From positions 17,983-81,982 of the forward strand of contig CAZHDO010000003.1 of the NCBI GenBank assembly GCA_964531375.1: a DNA stretch of 64,000 nt, read 5' to 3'. Origin of the DNA: an uncultured Candidatus Saccharibacteria bacterium (GTDB lineage: Bacteria > Patescibacteriota > Minisyncoccia > Phycocordibacterales > UBA12445). Within the stretch, counting starts at the first letter, position 1. The number at the start of each line of letters is the position of its first letter. The notes under the pieces are model-generated. The model saw only the letters and a list, made by a program, of their open reading frames with translations, searched no databases and was not told the DNA's origin. Position numbers and translations under genes: made by a program. Shown here piece after piece: positions 41,241 to 49,272 of this stretch.

Positions 41241-41464
41241 TTTTTATAGATATATGGCTCAGCAAATTCGACTATCCCTGCCTGATACAAAAAAATAAGG
41301 GAAAATATAACCTGTCTGTGATTTATCGTGCCTAATTCCTGTTTCAAATTTACAAAAATTTCATCTAACATTAACTTTTGTTCTTTCGCTTTTGAAATCT
41401 TTTTTAAAATCAAAAAGCCGAGATAAGGTGAAGATGTTTTAATTTTTTCATCTTTACTAATCAT
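41237..41464 (-). CDS. lmuC: ABC-3C middle component (LmuC-like)
   Basis: 75 aa, SLIFLYQAGIVEF, overlaps both neighbours. Confidence 0.72.
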   Translation of the reverse strand: MISKDEKIKTSSPYLGFLILKKISKAKEQKLMLDEIFVNLKQELGTINHRQVIFSLIFLYQAGIVEFAEPYIYKK

Positions 41465-42420
41465 TTCTCATTTGGAAATACATTGCACTTAATAAGCTCA
41501 TCTAATAGATAAAACCTTATCGCCAGATAATCGTGTTTTTTACCCTTATTACTAATCTCGCTTGAAAAATACTCAGTTAGATTATCAAGGGCCTTTTTAG
41601 GATCACCGTCGGCTTGAGTTAAAAAGATATCGCTTTTAATTCTTAAGAAATTTCGTATAAAATCAATTTTTACAGAATCAAGACCTAGTTTTTCATCCAC
41701 CTCACTGCGAGCCAGAGAATATCTCGGCAACAAATCAATTATCTGAGATTTTAAAAACTTTGATTTATCTGCAAACCGATACTCAATCTTGTGGCCCGGA
41801 TCCGGTTCCTCTGTCCAATTCTTATCGCTTATTTCTTTATTATTACTCAAGAAGACAACAAGATCAGCAATCGTCTCTACCTCATTCGTTAGGACCTGTT
41901 CAGATTTACGATCCTTTTGACTATCAAACTCATCTCTCAAAAGATCATGTATCTCTCTTATTTTTGAAGCATCAAGCGGCCTAATCACCTTAACTAATTT
42001 TGACAAGGTTATAATATCTTCATTTTGATCGAAAGACACATTCTTGGGACCCTTGATTTTTGCCTTAAAATTAAGTTTCTTCGTTGTTATTATTAAGAAT
42101 TTTAAAGAGTCAAATTTAGAAGAGAGTCCACTGTCTTCGAATTTTTTTATTGTTTCCTTAATTTTCTTAAGAGTAGTTTCCGATGTAACTTGGAATGAAA
42201 TCTTTCTTGCTCCATCACCCAGGTCAACAGATGGGAAACTCGACTTAAGTATATTTAAATTAACTAGATTTAAATCAAAAACCTTATTCAATAATTTACA
42301 AAAAACATCTTCTAAAAAGATATTTATATCTGTAAGCCCGTTGCTATTACTATTCTTAGTCGATGATTCAATACGAGAAAAGTAATCAATTATTTGATTG
42401 ATAAGATTTTGATTCTCCAC
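41461..42420 (-). CDS. lmuA: SMEK-domain effector with ABC-3C C-terminal domain (LmuA-like)
   Basis: EDVFCKLLNKVFDLNLVNLN..FPSVDLGD..FQVTS; C-terminal ELIKCNVFPN. Confidence 0.78.
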   Translation of the reverse strand: MENQNLINQIIDYFSRIESSTKNSNSNGLTDINIFLEDVFCKLLNKVFDLNLVNLNILKSSFPSVDLGDGARKISFQVTSETTLKKIKETIKKFEDSGLSSKFDSLKFLIITTKKLNFKAKIKGPKNVSFDQNEDIITLSKLVKVIRPLDASKIREIHDLLRDEFDSQKDRKSEQVLTNEVETIADLVVFLSNNKEISDKNWTEEPDPGHKIEYRFADKSKFLKSQIIDLLPRYSLARSEVDEKLGLDSVKIDFIRNFLRIKSDIFLTQADGDPKKALDNLTEYFSSEISNKGKKHDYLAIRFYLLDELIKCNVFPNEK

Positions 42421-42613
42421 GAAATATATTATAATCTATTTTTTATTTTTTACTAAATTCTTTTCAAATAATCATGTGACAAAACGATCCAAATCGCCTT
42501 GAAGAAATGACGGTTCTGTTTTAAAAACCCGGATTTTATATTTAGTTAAAATACATATTCTTATTATCCGCAATCTTTTACTTTCCTCCATCTGTTGATA
42601 ACATTCAGTCATC

Positions 42614-43606
42614 ATGGAACCACTATTTAAAGAAGCGGACAATAAAATAATTAAGTTATCTGAAAAGATAATGGCATTAAGAAAGAGACCGCTATTGATT
42701 TTAGATTTAGAGAATGTCGCATATTGGACTACTATTAGGCTGGAAAATGAATTAAAGGGAAAAAAATTGTCAAAACTTGATGTTCTGCTTAATGCACCTA
42801 TGGGAGGTCGCATAGAGCCGGCCTTCAATATTGTCAAACTCATAAGGAAACATGCCGAAGCGGTAGAGATGATAATTCCTTATCGTGCAAAAAGTGCCGG
42901 CACGCTCATCTGTTTAGGAGCAGACAAATTACTGATGAATACTACTGCCGAGTTAGGACCACTTGATACTCAGAACAGGATCCACAAGGAAGAAGAATTT
43001 GAATCAACACAAAATATCTTTAAGGCCCTCGAGCAGATTCAACAGCATGCTCTCGATGGTTTTAATTCTGCCATAACCACAATTAAAAAACGAAACCATA
43101 ATTTAAAAATAGATGATGTGGTAAAATTGGCTGCCATGTTTTCAGGACAAACATGTAGTTCTTTGTACAATAAAATAGATCCTGAAATGCTCGGAGAATA
43201 TGCCCGTCTACTTGAAATGTGCGAGAAGTATGTGTTTGAAGTGTTAATAAGATATGCTGGGCGTGATTATGAGGATGCAAAAAAAGTTACTAAAAAATTG
43301 GTTTATGGTTATCCGAATCATAATTTTATTATTGATATACAGGAGTCAGAAAAATTAGGTTTACCGGCAGAAGAAGTAAGCGATGATATTAAAGAAATTA
43401 TTGATGATCTAAAGATAGAGCTTCGCGAAAAAGATCTTACAAGACAGTCTTTCCTCCTTGAAACCGGAATTTCTTATCAGGAGAAACGAAGATGGTCACT
43501 AATTAAACTTTTAGAGTATCCAACCAAAGAAACCCCGGAGAAAAATAAGCCGGTTCAAAAACCAAAAGAAACTGAGGTGGTGGACAAGAACATAGAGAAA
43601 AAATAA
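42614..43606 (+). CDS. SDH/ClpP-fold serine protease
   Basis: APMGG, AKSAGTLICLGAD, ELGPLDTQ, YPNHNFII. Confidence 0.8.
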   Translation: MEPLFKEADNKIIKLSEKIMALRKRPLLILDLENVAYWTTIRLENELKGKKLSKLDVLLNAPMGGRIEPAFNIVKLIRKHAEAVEMIIPYRAKSAGTLICLGADKLLMNTTAELGPLDTQNRIHKEEEFESTQNIFKALEQIQQHALDGFNSAITTIKKRNHNLKIDDVVKLAAMFSGQTCSSLYNKIDPEMLGEYARLLEMCEKYVFEVLIRYAGRDYEDAKKVTKKLVYGYPNHNFIIDIQESEKLGLPAEEVSDDIKEIIDDLKIELREKDLTRQSFLLETGISYQEKRRWSLIKLLEYPTKETPEKNKPVQKPKETEVVDKNIEKK

Positions 43607-43626
43607 GCAGACTTTTAAAATCTGAT

Positions 43627-43678
43627 ATTTAATAACAAAAAGATGGGCCCACATAGACCCATCTTTTTGTTATTAAAT
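43627..43678. terminator. Bidirectional terminator, 21-bp perfect stem
   Basis: ATTTAATAACAAAAAGATGGG / CCCATCTTTTTGTTATTAAAT between convergent genes. Confidence 0.8.
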
Positions 43679-43724
43679 TATTTAGACTTGATGCCTGTTT
43701 CCAATGCTTTTTGTGATTAAGTTA

Positions 43725-43940
43725 CTATATATCCCCCATACTCAAGAGTTCTTTTTGAACCTTTTCAATCATCGCATCAAATGTCTTTGCAGAACCAGCG
43801 AGCATTCCTCCGTGATTAATCTGTGGAATTCCTGCGCCAATAAGTCCTTCTCTAATAATCTGATCGTGGCACTTCTTGAGCATCTCAATCTGTATTGGGA
43901 GAAGCAGGAACTTTTCTTTTGTACTTTTTTTCTTATTCAT
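43725..43940 (-). CDS. Small hypothetical protein
   Basis: 71 aa, overlaps upstream ORF by 4 nt. Confidence 0.55.
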   Translation of the reverse strand: MNKKKSTKEKFLLLPIQIEMLKKCHDQIIREGLIGAGIPQINHGGMLAGSAKTFDAMIEKVQKELLSMGDI

Positions 43941-44128
43941 TTTGTTTTTTTATTATACTCCAAAACACTGATTTTGGGTCTTTCGAAGTTATTATAACGA
44001 TTAACAGCTTCCATGTAGGTTATGAGAGCTGTAAAATCTTCAAGGGCTTTGGCCCGAGATATTTCTTTACTATTAATCTCAAAGTATAGTTGCAGATATT
44101 CATCAAGTCTTTTCTCAGAAATTTGCAT
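43937..44128 (-). CDS. Small hypothetical protein
   Basis: 63 aa, MQISEKRLDEYLQLY...EISRAKALE. Confidence 0.6.
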   Translation of the reverse strand: MQISEKRLDEYLQLYFEINSKEISRAKALEDFTALITYMEAVNRYNNFERPKISVLEYNKKTK

Positions 44129-44148
44129 TTGTATTTTTAGACCTAATA

Positions 44149-44997
44149 TTAATAATCACAGACATTAAGGTCCGATAATTCTAGACCAAGTGCCTCTGCC
44201 AAAGATTGTTTAGCCTCATATGTTCCACCAATAGCATCTATGATACCCGTCTCTAAAGCTTTTGGAGGTAAAATCGAAGAACCATCGGCTAGTTTTGCAA
44301 CATCTTCGTATTTAAGATTTCTATTCTTGGCAATGGCTCCAACAAATACTTTATGGAATTCTTTTAGATCACTCATAACCATATTCTTCTCTTCTTGTGT
44401 CATCGGCCTATCACCACTAAGCATATCTTTATACTTTGCGGATGTCAGTTGATTATATGTATATCCATCTTTAGTATTTTTTGCGGCGTTATCAACAAAG
44501 GATTGAGTTATTCCTATAGAGCCAATATCTGAAAATTCTGAAGCGAATATCTTTTGTGCTCCTGTAGCGGCCCAATAAGCGGCGGATGTTCCTTGGTCTT
44601 TAATAACAGCAATAGTTGGCTTGGTAGATCTCTTAAGAGCACCGGCAATTTCTTCTCCTGCCACACCGCTACCGCCTGGCGAATTTATCTCTATGATAGA
44701 AGCATAAATATTTGGATCTTTCTCTATCTTTTCCAAAGTACCCACAATGTCTCCCCCTACTGTTTCGTCTGTCCATTCTTCTACTCCTCCATATTTATAT
44801 TCCACCAAGTCTCCATTGATTTTAATTCTAGCGACATTACAAGAACTATCCGCCTCAGATGTGTTTTGATCAGAGAGTTCTCTGTCTAAAACAAGAATCG
44901 AAGCGGAAGAGAATAAGACTAAGAAAAAAAGGACGATGGTGGTAATTATGGCTATTTTTAAATTGAACTTAGCGAGTAGGGTTTTTATTTGTTGCAT
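44149..44997 (-). CDS. sppA: S49 signal peptide peptidase SppA-like
   Basis: N-terminal TM, INSPGGS, SAAYWAA, GSIGI, SAKYKD. Confidence 0.85.
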   Translation of the reverse strand: MQQIKTLLAKFNLKIAIITTIVLFFLVLFSSASILVLDRELSDQNTSEADSSCNVARIKINGDLVEYKYGGVEEWTDETVGGDIVGTLEKIEKDPNIYASIIEINSPGGSGVAGEEIAGALKRSTKPTIAVIKDQGTSAAYWAATGAQKIFASEFSDIGSIGITQSFVDNAAKNTKDGYTYNQLTSAKYKDMLSGDRPMTQEEKNMVMSDLKEFHKVFVGAIAKNRNLKYEDVAKLADGSSILPPKALETGIIDAIGGTYEAKQSLAEALGLELSDLNVCDY

Positions 44998-45018
44998 TGT
45001 TTAATTCTAATTATAAAT

Positions 45019-45252
45019 TTAAAACTCAAACGAATTTATATAATCCCCTGCCTCAGAACGAGTAAGACCTTCAATATGCGATAAACACTGCTGAATCGTA
45101 GCATAATCATCAAACTGCTGGAATATAAGATCGTGGAGTTTTCTTCTTTGGCCCGATGTGATAAGTTCATCCTCTCTAAACGGATAATTAGAGATCTCTT
45201 CGAATGAGGATGAGTAATCTCTTTCTGCTACTGCGTTATTATTTGAATTCAT
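45019..45252 (-). CDS. Small protein sharing a domain with the upstream gene's C-terminus
   Basis: LITSGQRRKLHDLI..LTRSEAGDYINSF. Confidence 0.65.
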   Translation of the reverse strand: MNSNNNAVAERDYSSSFEEISNYPFREDELITSGQRRKLHDLIFQQFDDYATIQQCLSHIEGLTRSEAGDYINSFEF

Positions 45253-45304
45253 TTTATTTATATTTAGTTAATTAAAAAGACCGGAAGAGTTTCCGATCTT
45301 GTCT

Positions 45305-45976
45305 CTATCTGATCCCGATAAAACTTGAGATCATGTCGCTCGCTTCAGCTTTAGTCATTCCACCCTCAAGTTCTGAAAGCCAGTTCGCCCGATCTTTCTC
45401 GTTATGGGAATTGCGCTTAATAAGAGAAGTTAGAAGTTCCTTTTGACGAGGAGTTATAAGAGGAATTTCTTTAGGAGCTTCTACTTTCTTTATCTGAACA
45501 GGTTGCATGTCTTCAAGATCTTGGCTGAACAGATCAGATAACCCAGTAGCTCTAATTGTGGAGTCTATATAGGCGGATTTTTGTGCCATCTTAATTGTCT
45601 TGTTTGGATCTCCTTCATTCTTTTCTAGTGTAGAAGCTCCACGACCTTGGCCCATTACCTCCCCATTTCTATATAAAGTGCAAATATAGGCTATTAGGCC
45701 CGGAATACTCTGGAAAGCGATCATTGTTTCGTTGTCTCGAGTAAATGTAGCCGTAAGTGAGTAAACCCCACAAAGTTTCTCACATCCTGACTTTCCGAGG
45801 CTTCTTCGTCCTTTGATGTTATAGAAGTCGATATTTTCTTTTAGTGTCGGAAGTAGACGATCAATAAAATACTGTCTACGCTGAAGTAAGCCATCAACTC
45901 CTTGTCTAAAGCTCGCCATGGCATCGGTGTCCGCTAAGCGAATCATCCCCTTTTCAACTGTTGTTTGATTGTTCAT
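45305..45976 (-). CDS. Phage-type recombination/ssDNA-annealing-like protein (tentative)
   Basis: SLGKSGCEKL, GQGRGAS, NKTIKMAQKSAYID, LSDLFSQDLED. Confidence 0.5.
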   Translation of the reverse strand: MNNQTTVEKGMIRLADTDAMASFRQGVDGLLQRRQYFIDRLLPTLKENIDFYNIKGRRSLGKSGCEKLCGVYSLTATFTRDNETMIAFQSIPGLIAYICTLYRNGEVMGQGRGASTLEKNEGDPNKTIKMAQKSAYIDSTIRATGLSDLFSQDLEDMQPVQIKKVEAPKEIPLITPRQKELLTSLIKRNSHNEKDRANWLSELEGGMTKAEASDMISSFIGIR

Positions 45977-45987
45977 TGTTTTATTAA

Positions 45988-46164
45988 TTATCTTCTTGTA
46001 ATTAAAACACTCGAGTTCCCATATTCAACATCTATAAAATCACCGACTTTAAAATTAGATTTGTATAAAAGATTATTTTGAATACGGATCATTGGTTTTC
46101 TCTCTCCACTGGCGACCCTGTCGTATTTACCAGTTGCGTAATTCACTATCATTTTTCTTTTCAT
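45988..46164 (-). CDS. SymE/AbrB-fold small protein (58 aa), not in ORF track
   Basis: MKRKMIVNYATGKYDRVASGERKPMIRIQNNLLYKSNFKVGDFIDVEYGNSSVLITRR; fills gap exactly. Confidence 0.65.
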   Translation of the reverse strand: MKRKMIVNYATGKYDRVASGERKPMIRIQNNLLYKSNFKVGDFIDVEYGNSSVLITRR

Positions 46165-46174
46165 TTTGTTTTAT

Positions 46175-46474
46175 TTATTTTCTAAGCTCTCGAACCTGAC
46201 AATAATGGAATAGACACACTTGTTTTGGGTACCTAGCTATCACAGAACCATCAGGACCTTTCTTCTCGACGATGGTCATAGAGCGCAAACTTTTTTCTCC
46301 GAGCCTAACTTTGTAGCCATTCTCCAACCATTTCTTGTAGGTCATACAGTGGATATTTGGATCATACTCATCGGCGGCTTCCTGACCGTATCGCTCTAAT
46401 ATTTGGAGCCTCACAGCTTCAAATGTTTCCTTCGACCCTGTATAGCCCGACTTCACCGTAATTTTTAGTGACAT
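46175..46474 (-). CDS. ArdC N-terminal (ssDNA-binding) domain protein
   Basis: CMTYKKWLENGYKVRLGEKS..VCLFHYCQV. Confidence 0.7.
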   Translation of the reverse strand: MSLKITVKSGYTGSKETFEAVRLQILERYGQEAADEYDPNIHCMTYKKWLENGYKVRLGEKSLRSMTIVEKKGPDGSVIARYPKQVCLFHYCQVRELRK

Positions 46475-46957
46475 TTATATTTCTAATAAACTATTAATAA
46501 TAAAAGCACCGGGGACGAGCCAGTGCTTATGTTCGAGATCGTTGTCTTTTTAAAACAATCTCAAAAATATAGTCATATAGTTTATAATTTAAAAATGATG
46601 GGTGGGGAGTTGTTCGGTTTGTGACTGTGGCATATCCAAAGACACTGTATGAAGCGAACCTATATCGCTCGCTGACTACTTTAGAATATAGCCCCCATGC
46701 ACTTGTTTTTAGAATTTGATGGCACAAAAAAATTCTGCAAAAATTTTAGGACTTTGGGGAAGTCGAGCTTTTTATGTGCCATTTTTGACGATTTTTGAGC
46801 CTTATATAGAGCCACCGTTTTGGACTCATTTTTAGGAATATGCGATTCTATGCGTTTTAAGGCCCGTTAAATTCTGAAGTGGATATATGAGTCATTCAGG
46901 CTTTTTGAGCTCCAAAAAAGCCCTCTTATTGAGGGTTTCTAAATGAGGATTTTATGA

Positions 46958-47129
46958 TCTTCTAGACACTGTGAGAAAAGATCTATTCTTATAATTCTGA
47001 GATATTTTGTCGGTTCTTCTAGGCACCCAATGTACATTCTTCTAGGTACTGAAAAAGAGGATAAATTAGCGGATTAATCCGAGATTGGTTTGGATTGTCG
47101 ATTCTTCTAGAAGAATGCACATTGAGTAC
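46958..47129. repeat. TCTTCTAG repeats and long inverted repeat near element end
   Basis: TCTTCTAG at 46958, 47015, 47038, 47103; palindrome 47101-47116; 23-bp arms 47023-47045/47107-47129. Confidence 0.75.
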
Positions 47130-47262
47130 TTTTTCCAATGCTGAAATACTCAGATGTTTAAAAAGATAGCTTAAATTAGAGGAATTATTTTAGGATCAAT
47201 ACCGATATAATCTTTCATGTTTACAGTAAACTGAAATGGTATCCCCCGTCTACAAAATGGTG

Positions 47263-47292
47263 TTGCGTTCGAAGTATTCCGATTGATAACAT
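47263..47292 (-). other. Hybrid att site with stranded original ychF 5' end
   Basis: ATG TTA TCA ATC GGA AT(A) = MLSIGI from 47292, then ACTTCGAACGCAA (element arm). Confidence 0.88.
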
Positions 47293-47434
47293 TTTTTTAA
47301 ATTATATTGATTAAAAACAACAACATTTTAAGATTAATGTAAAATCGACTTATTAGCAATACACAAAACAACTGTAATCTAAAATAAAAAACAGGGGCAT
47401 CGTAAAGATACCCCCAGAAGCACACATTTAATAA

Positions 47435-48301
47435 TTAAATACCATGGAAAGTGCGAACTTTATCTAAATAGTGAGTTTGACTTGCGATTGCTCCTTTTTC
47501 GCCTTCCCTGTCTCTTCCTGAACGAACTTCAATATTCACATACGGGATACGCTTCCTCGCTGTATAATTTGACAAAGAACCTTTCGAACCATCATCAATG
47601 CGCTCATATACAACATTCAATCTCGATTTCTTGTAGAAATTAATCTCCTTAGTAAACTTACCTGACGTTTTATCTTCGCCAGAAAGCCAAATCAAATTCT
47701 TCTCATCAGTATCAAGCGAGGACTCCACACAAATCTCTTTTTTCTTTTTAAGATTTGTGATTCCAAAATCTCCACGGGGATTGTTGTTGTGTAGCGCAAT
47801 TAATACTTCATCTCTTCTGTTTTTTCCAGAAAAAATAACAGAAAGGACTCTGTTTGCAAGTGGCCAATATGGACCATCCTCATAAAAAATTCTGTTCGGA
47901 TCTTGATGTGTCTGAGCGTGTGCCCCAAAGTCATACAAATTACGAAACTCCCCATTTTCGAAAGCAAGCAGAACACCACCGTCTTTAATTGCTCTGAGTC
48001 CAACATCAAAAGCAATATTCTCTGAATCATGACAAACGATAATTCTAATGTCTTTAGAACCCATTTTTGAAAAAACACTAAACTTAAACTTCTTTTTTTC
48101 TAAAACAAACACCTCACTTTTGAAATCAATTTTGTTTTTTACAATGAATTCGAAATTACCTCGGTTCATCATATCTGCATCCCTCGACGACTCATCGAGT
48201 TTTACATGATTTCCATTGTCGCAAGAGACAAGAAAAAAGGCACTCAAAATAACTATCGCTAATAAAAAGCGACGCGAAACATTAGAGGAATAATTTTTCA
48301 T
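47435..48301 (-). CDS. Lipoprotein with M14-like zinc peptidase motifs
   Basis: LVSC lipobox; HDSE, DPNRIF, IALHNN, YVNIE. Confidence 0.6.
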   Translation of the reverse strand: MKNYSSNVSRRFLLAIVILSAFFLVSCDNGNHVKLDESSRDADMMNRGNFEFIVKNKIDFKSEVFVLEKKKFKFSVFSKMGSKDIRIIVCHDSENIAFDVGLRAIKDGGVLLAFENGEFRNLYDFGAHAQTHQDPNRIFYEDGPYWPLANRVLSVIFSGKNRRDEVLIALHNNNPRGDFGITNLKKKKEICVESSLDTDEKNLIWLSGEDKTSGKFTKEINFYKKSRLNVVYERIDDGSKGSLSNYTARKRIPYVNIEVRSGRDREGEKGAIASQTHYLDKVRTFHGI

Positions 48302-48429
48302 AAACTACGCTCCGTTTGGTATTAAGTATTACAAATTTTTAAAGTACTTCCCTATTTTTAAATCTAACATTCTCAAATAATTTTGCAATAAAAAACCGCT
48401 TTTGTTGCGGTCTTTTCTTTTGATAAATA

Positions 48430-48663
48430 CTATTTGGCTAAATTTTTAAGTTCTTCTTGATACTTACTTGCCACTTGCATTACAGCGGCCATCTGATCAA
48501 GTCCTTTTTCTTTCATAAGCACTTGCGCCTCTTCTGCTATCTTTTGAAAGAAGGTCGGGTTCTTTATAACCATATTCATAAGCATCTCTTTCTGATCCTC
48601 AGGAACAGGTGAATCTTTAAGCGCCTTCTTCAACATCTGCTTCATAAAAAATTCTTTTATCAT
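48430..48663 (-). CDS. Small helical hypothetical protein
   Basis: 77 aa ORF with terminator at ~48391-48420. Confidence 0.7.
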   Translation of the reverse strand: MIKEFFMKQMLKKALKDSPVPEDQKEMLMNMVIKNPTFFQKIAEEAQVLMKEKGLDQMAAVMQVASKYQEELKNLAK

Positions 48664-48776
48664 AGAGAGAATATTACATTAACTCACAAAAAATCTTAAG
48701 CTTGACTAATATTATAACATAATGTAGTTTAAAAATATATTTCAGTACCTTAAATCAAATCACAAAAGGAGTGTTC

Positions 48777-48929
48777 ATGTCCTCAGACCCGTTCTTTTTC
48801 ATTAAAAAATTTTTGTCGTTCGTTGGTAAAAATCTAGACAACAAGAAGGTGAAAAAGATTATTGCAAAACCATATTATTTCCAAAATTCAAAAAAGAAGA
48901 GGTGCAAAAAAAATGGGGAAGGTTATTAA
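48777..48929 (+). CDS. Small basic orphan peptide (50 aa), tentative
   Basis: AAGGAG SD, TTGACT-17-TAGTTT promoter; MSSDPFFFIKK...GEGY. Confidence 0.4.
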   Translation: MSSDPFFFIKKFLSFVGKNLDNKKVKKIIAKPYYFQNSKKKRCKKNGEGY

Positions 48930-49128
48930 CCTTAAAGACGTGGATGTTGAGAAAATGAGAAGGGCCACAAGCATCTCTGAAACCAGAATACAGAGCGCCT
49001 TTGCACGAGATAATAAAATCGTGCCTACGAGCGATCTAAAGACAGCGTTTGAGTGTTATAAAAACGCAACAACGCCAGCGAGTAAGGATTTGGCAATCAG
49101 GCAAATTGCCGCTTTTTTTAAAAAATGA
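48913..49128 (+). CDS. Orphan hypothetical protein (71 aa)
   Basis: GAGGTG SD before MGKVINLKD; terminator 49141-49173. Confidence 0.6.
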   Translation: MGKVINLKDVDVEKMRRATSISETRIQSAFARDNKIVPTSDLKTAFECYKNATTPASKDLAIRQIAAFFKK

Positions 49129-49216
49129 TTTTATGCAGCAAAACCCGCCTCTCGAATTAACGAGGGCGGGTTTATTTATTTATAGCGGGCAAGGTTTAAA
49201 ATTAAAACAGACGCAA

Positions 49217-49249
49217 GAAACGTCGTTTCCAAAAAGGAAACGACGTTTC
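49217..49249 (-). terminator. hppA terminator
   Basis: GAAACGTCGTTTCC-aaaaa-GGAAACGACGTTTC perfect stem. Confidence 0.75.
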
Positions 49250-49272
49250 GCGCGTTGCAAGATTTATTAAGT

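Larger units (their letters stand above)
22269..47280 (-). mobile_element. ~25 kb serine-integrase element (IME/satellite-like defence island) inserted in the ychF 5' end
   Basis: Shared core ATTCC at 22269-22273 and 47276-47280; joining the flanks restores ychF; joining the element ends gives a 34-bp imperfect palindrome; integrase at one end. Confidence 0.9.

Noticed and set aside
42472-42843. 123-aa minus-strand ORF
   Set aside because: Antisense to the SDH protease, no motifs
46527-46727. 66-aa ORF in the element's non-coding end
   Set aside because: No recognisable features and overlaps hairpin structures; treated as non-coding
46958-47116. TCTTCTAG repeats as mini CRISPR array
   Set aside because: Repeats too short and irregularly spaced (57, 23, 65 nt)
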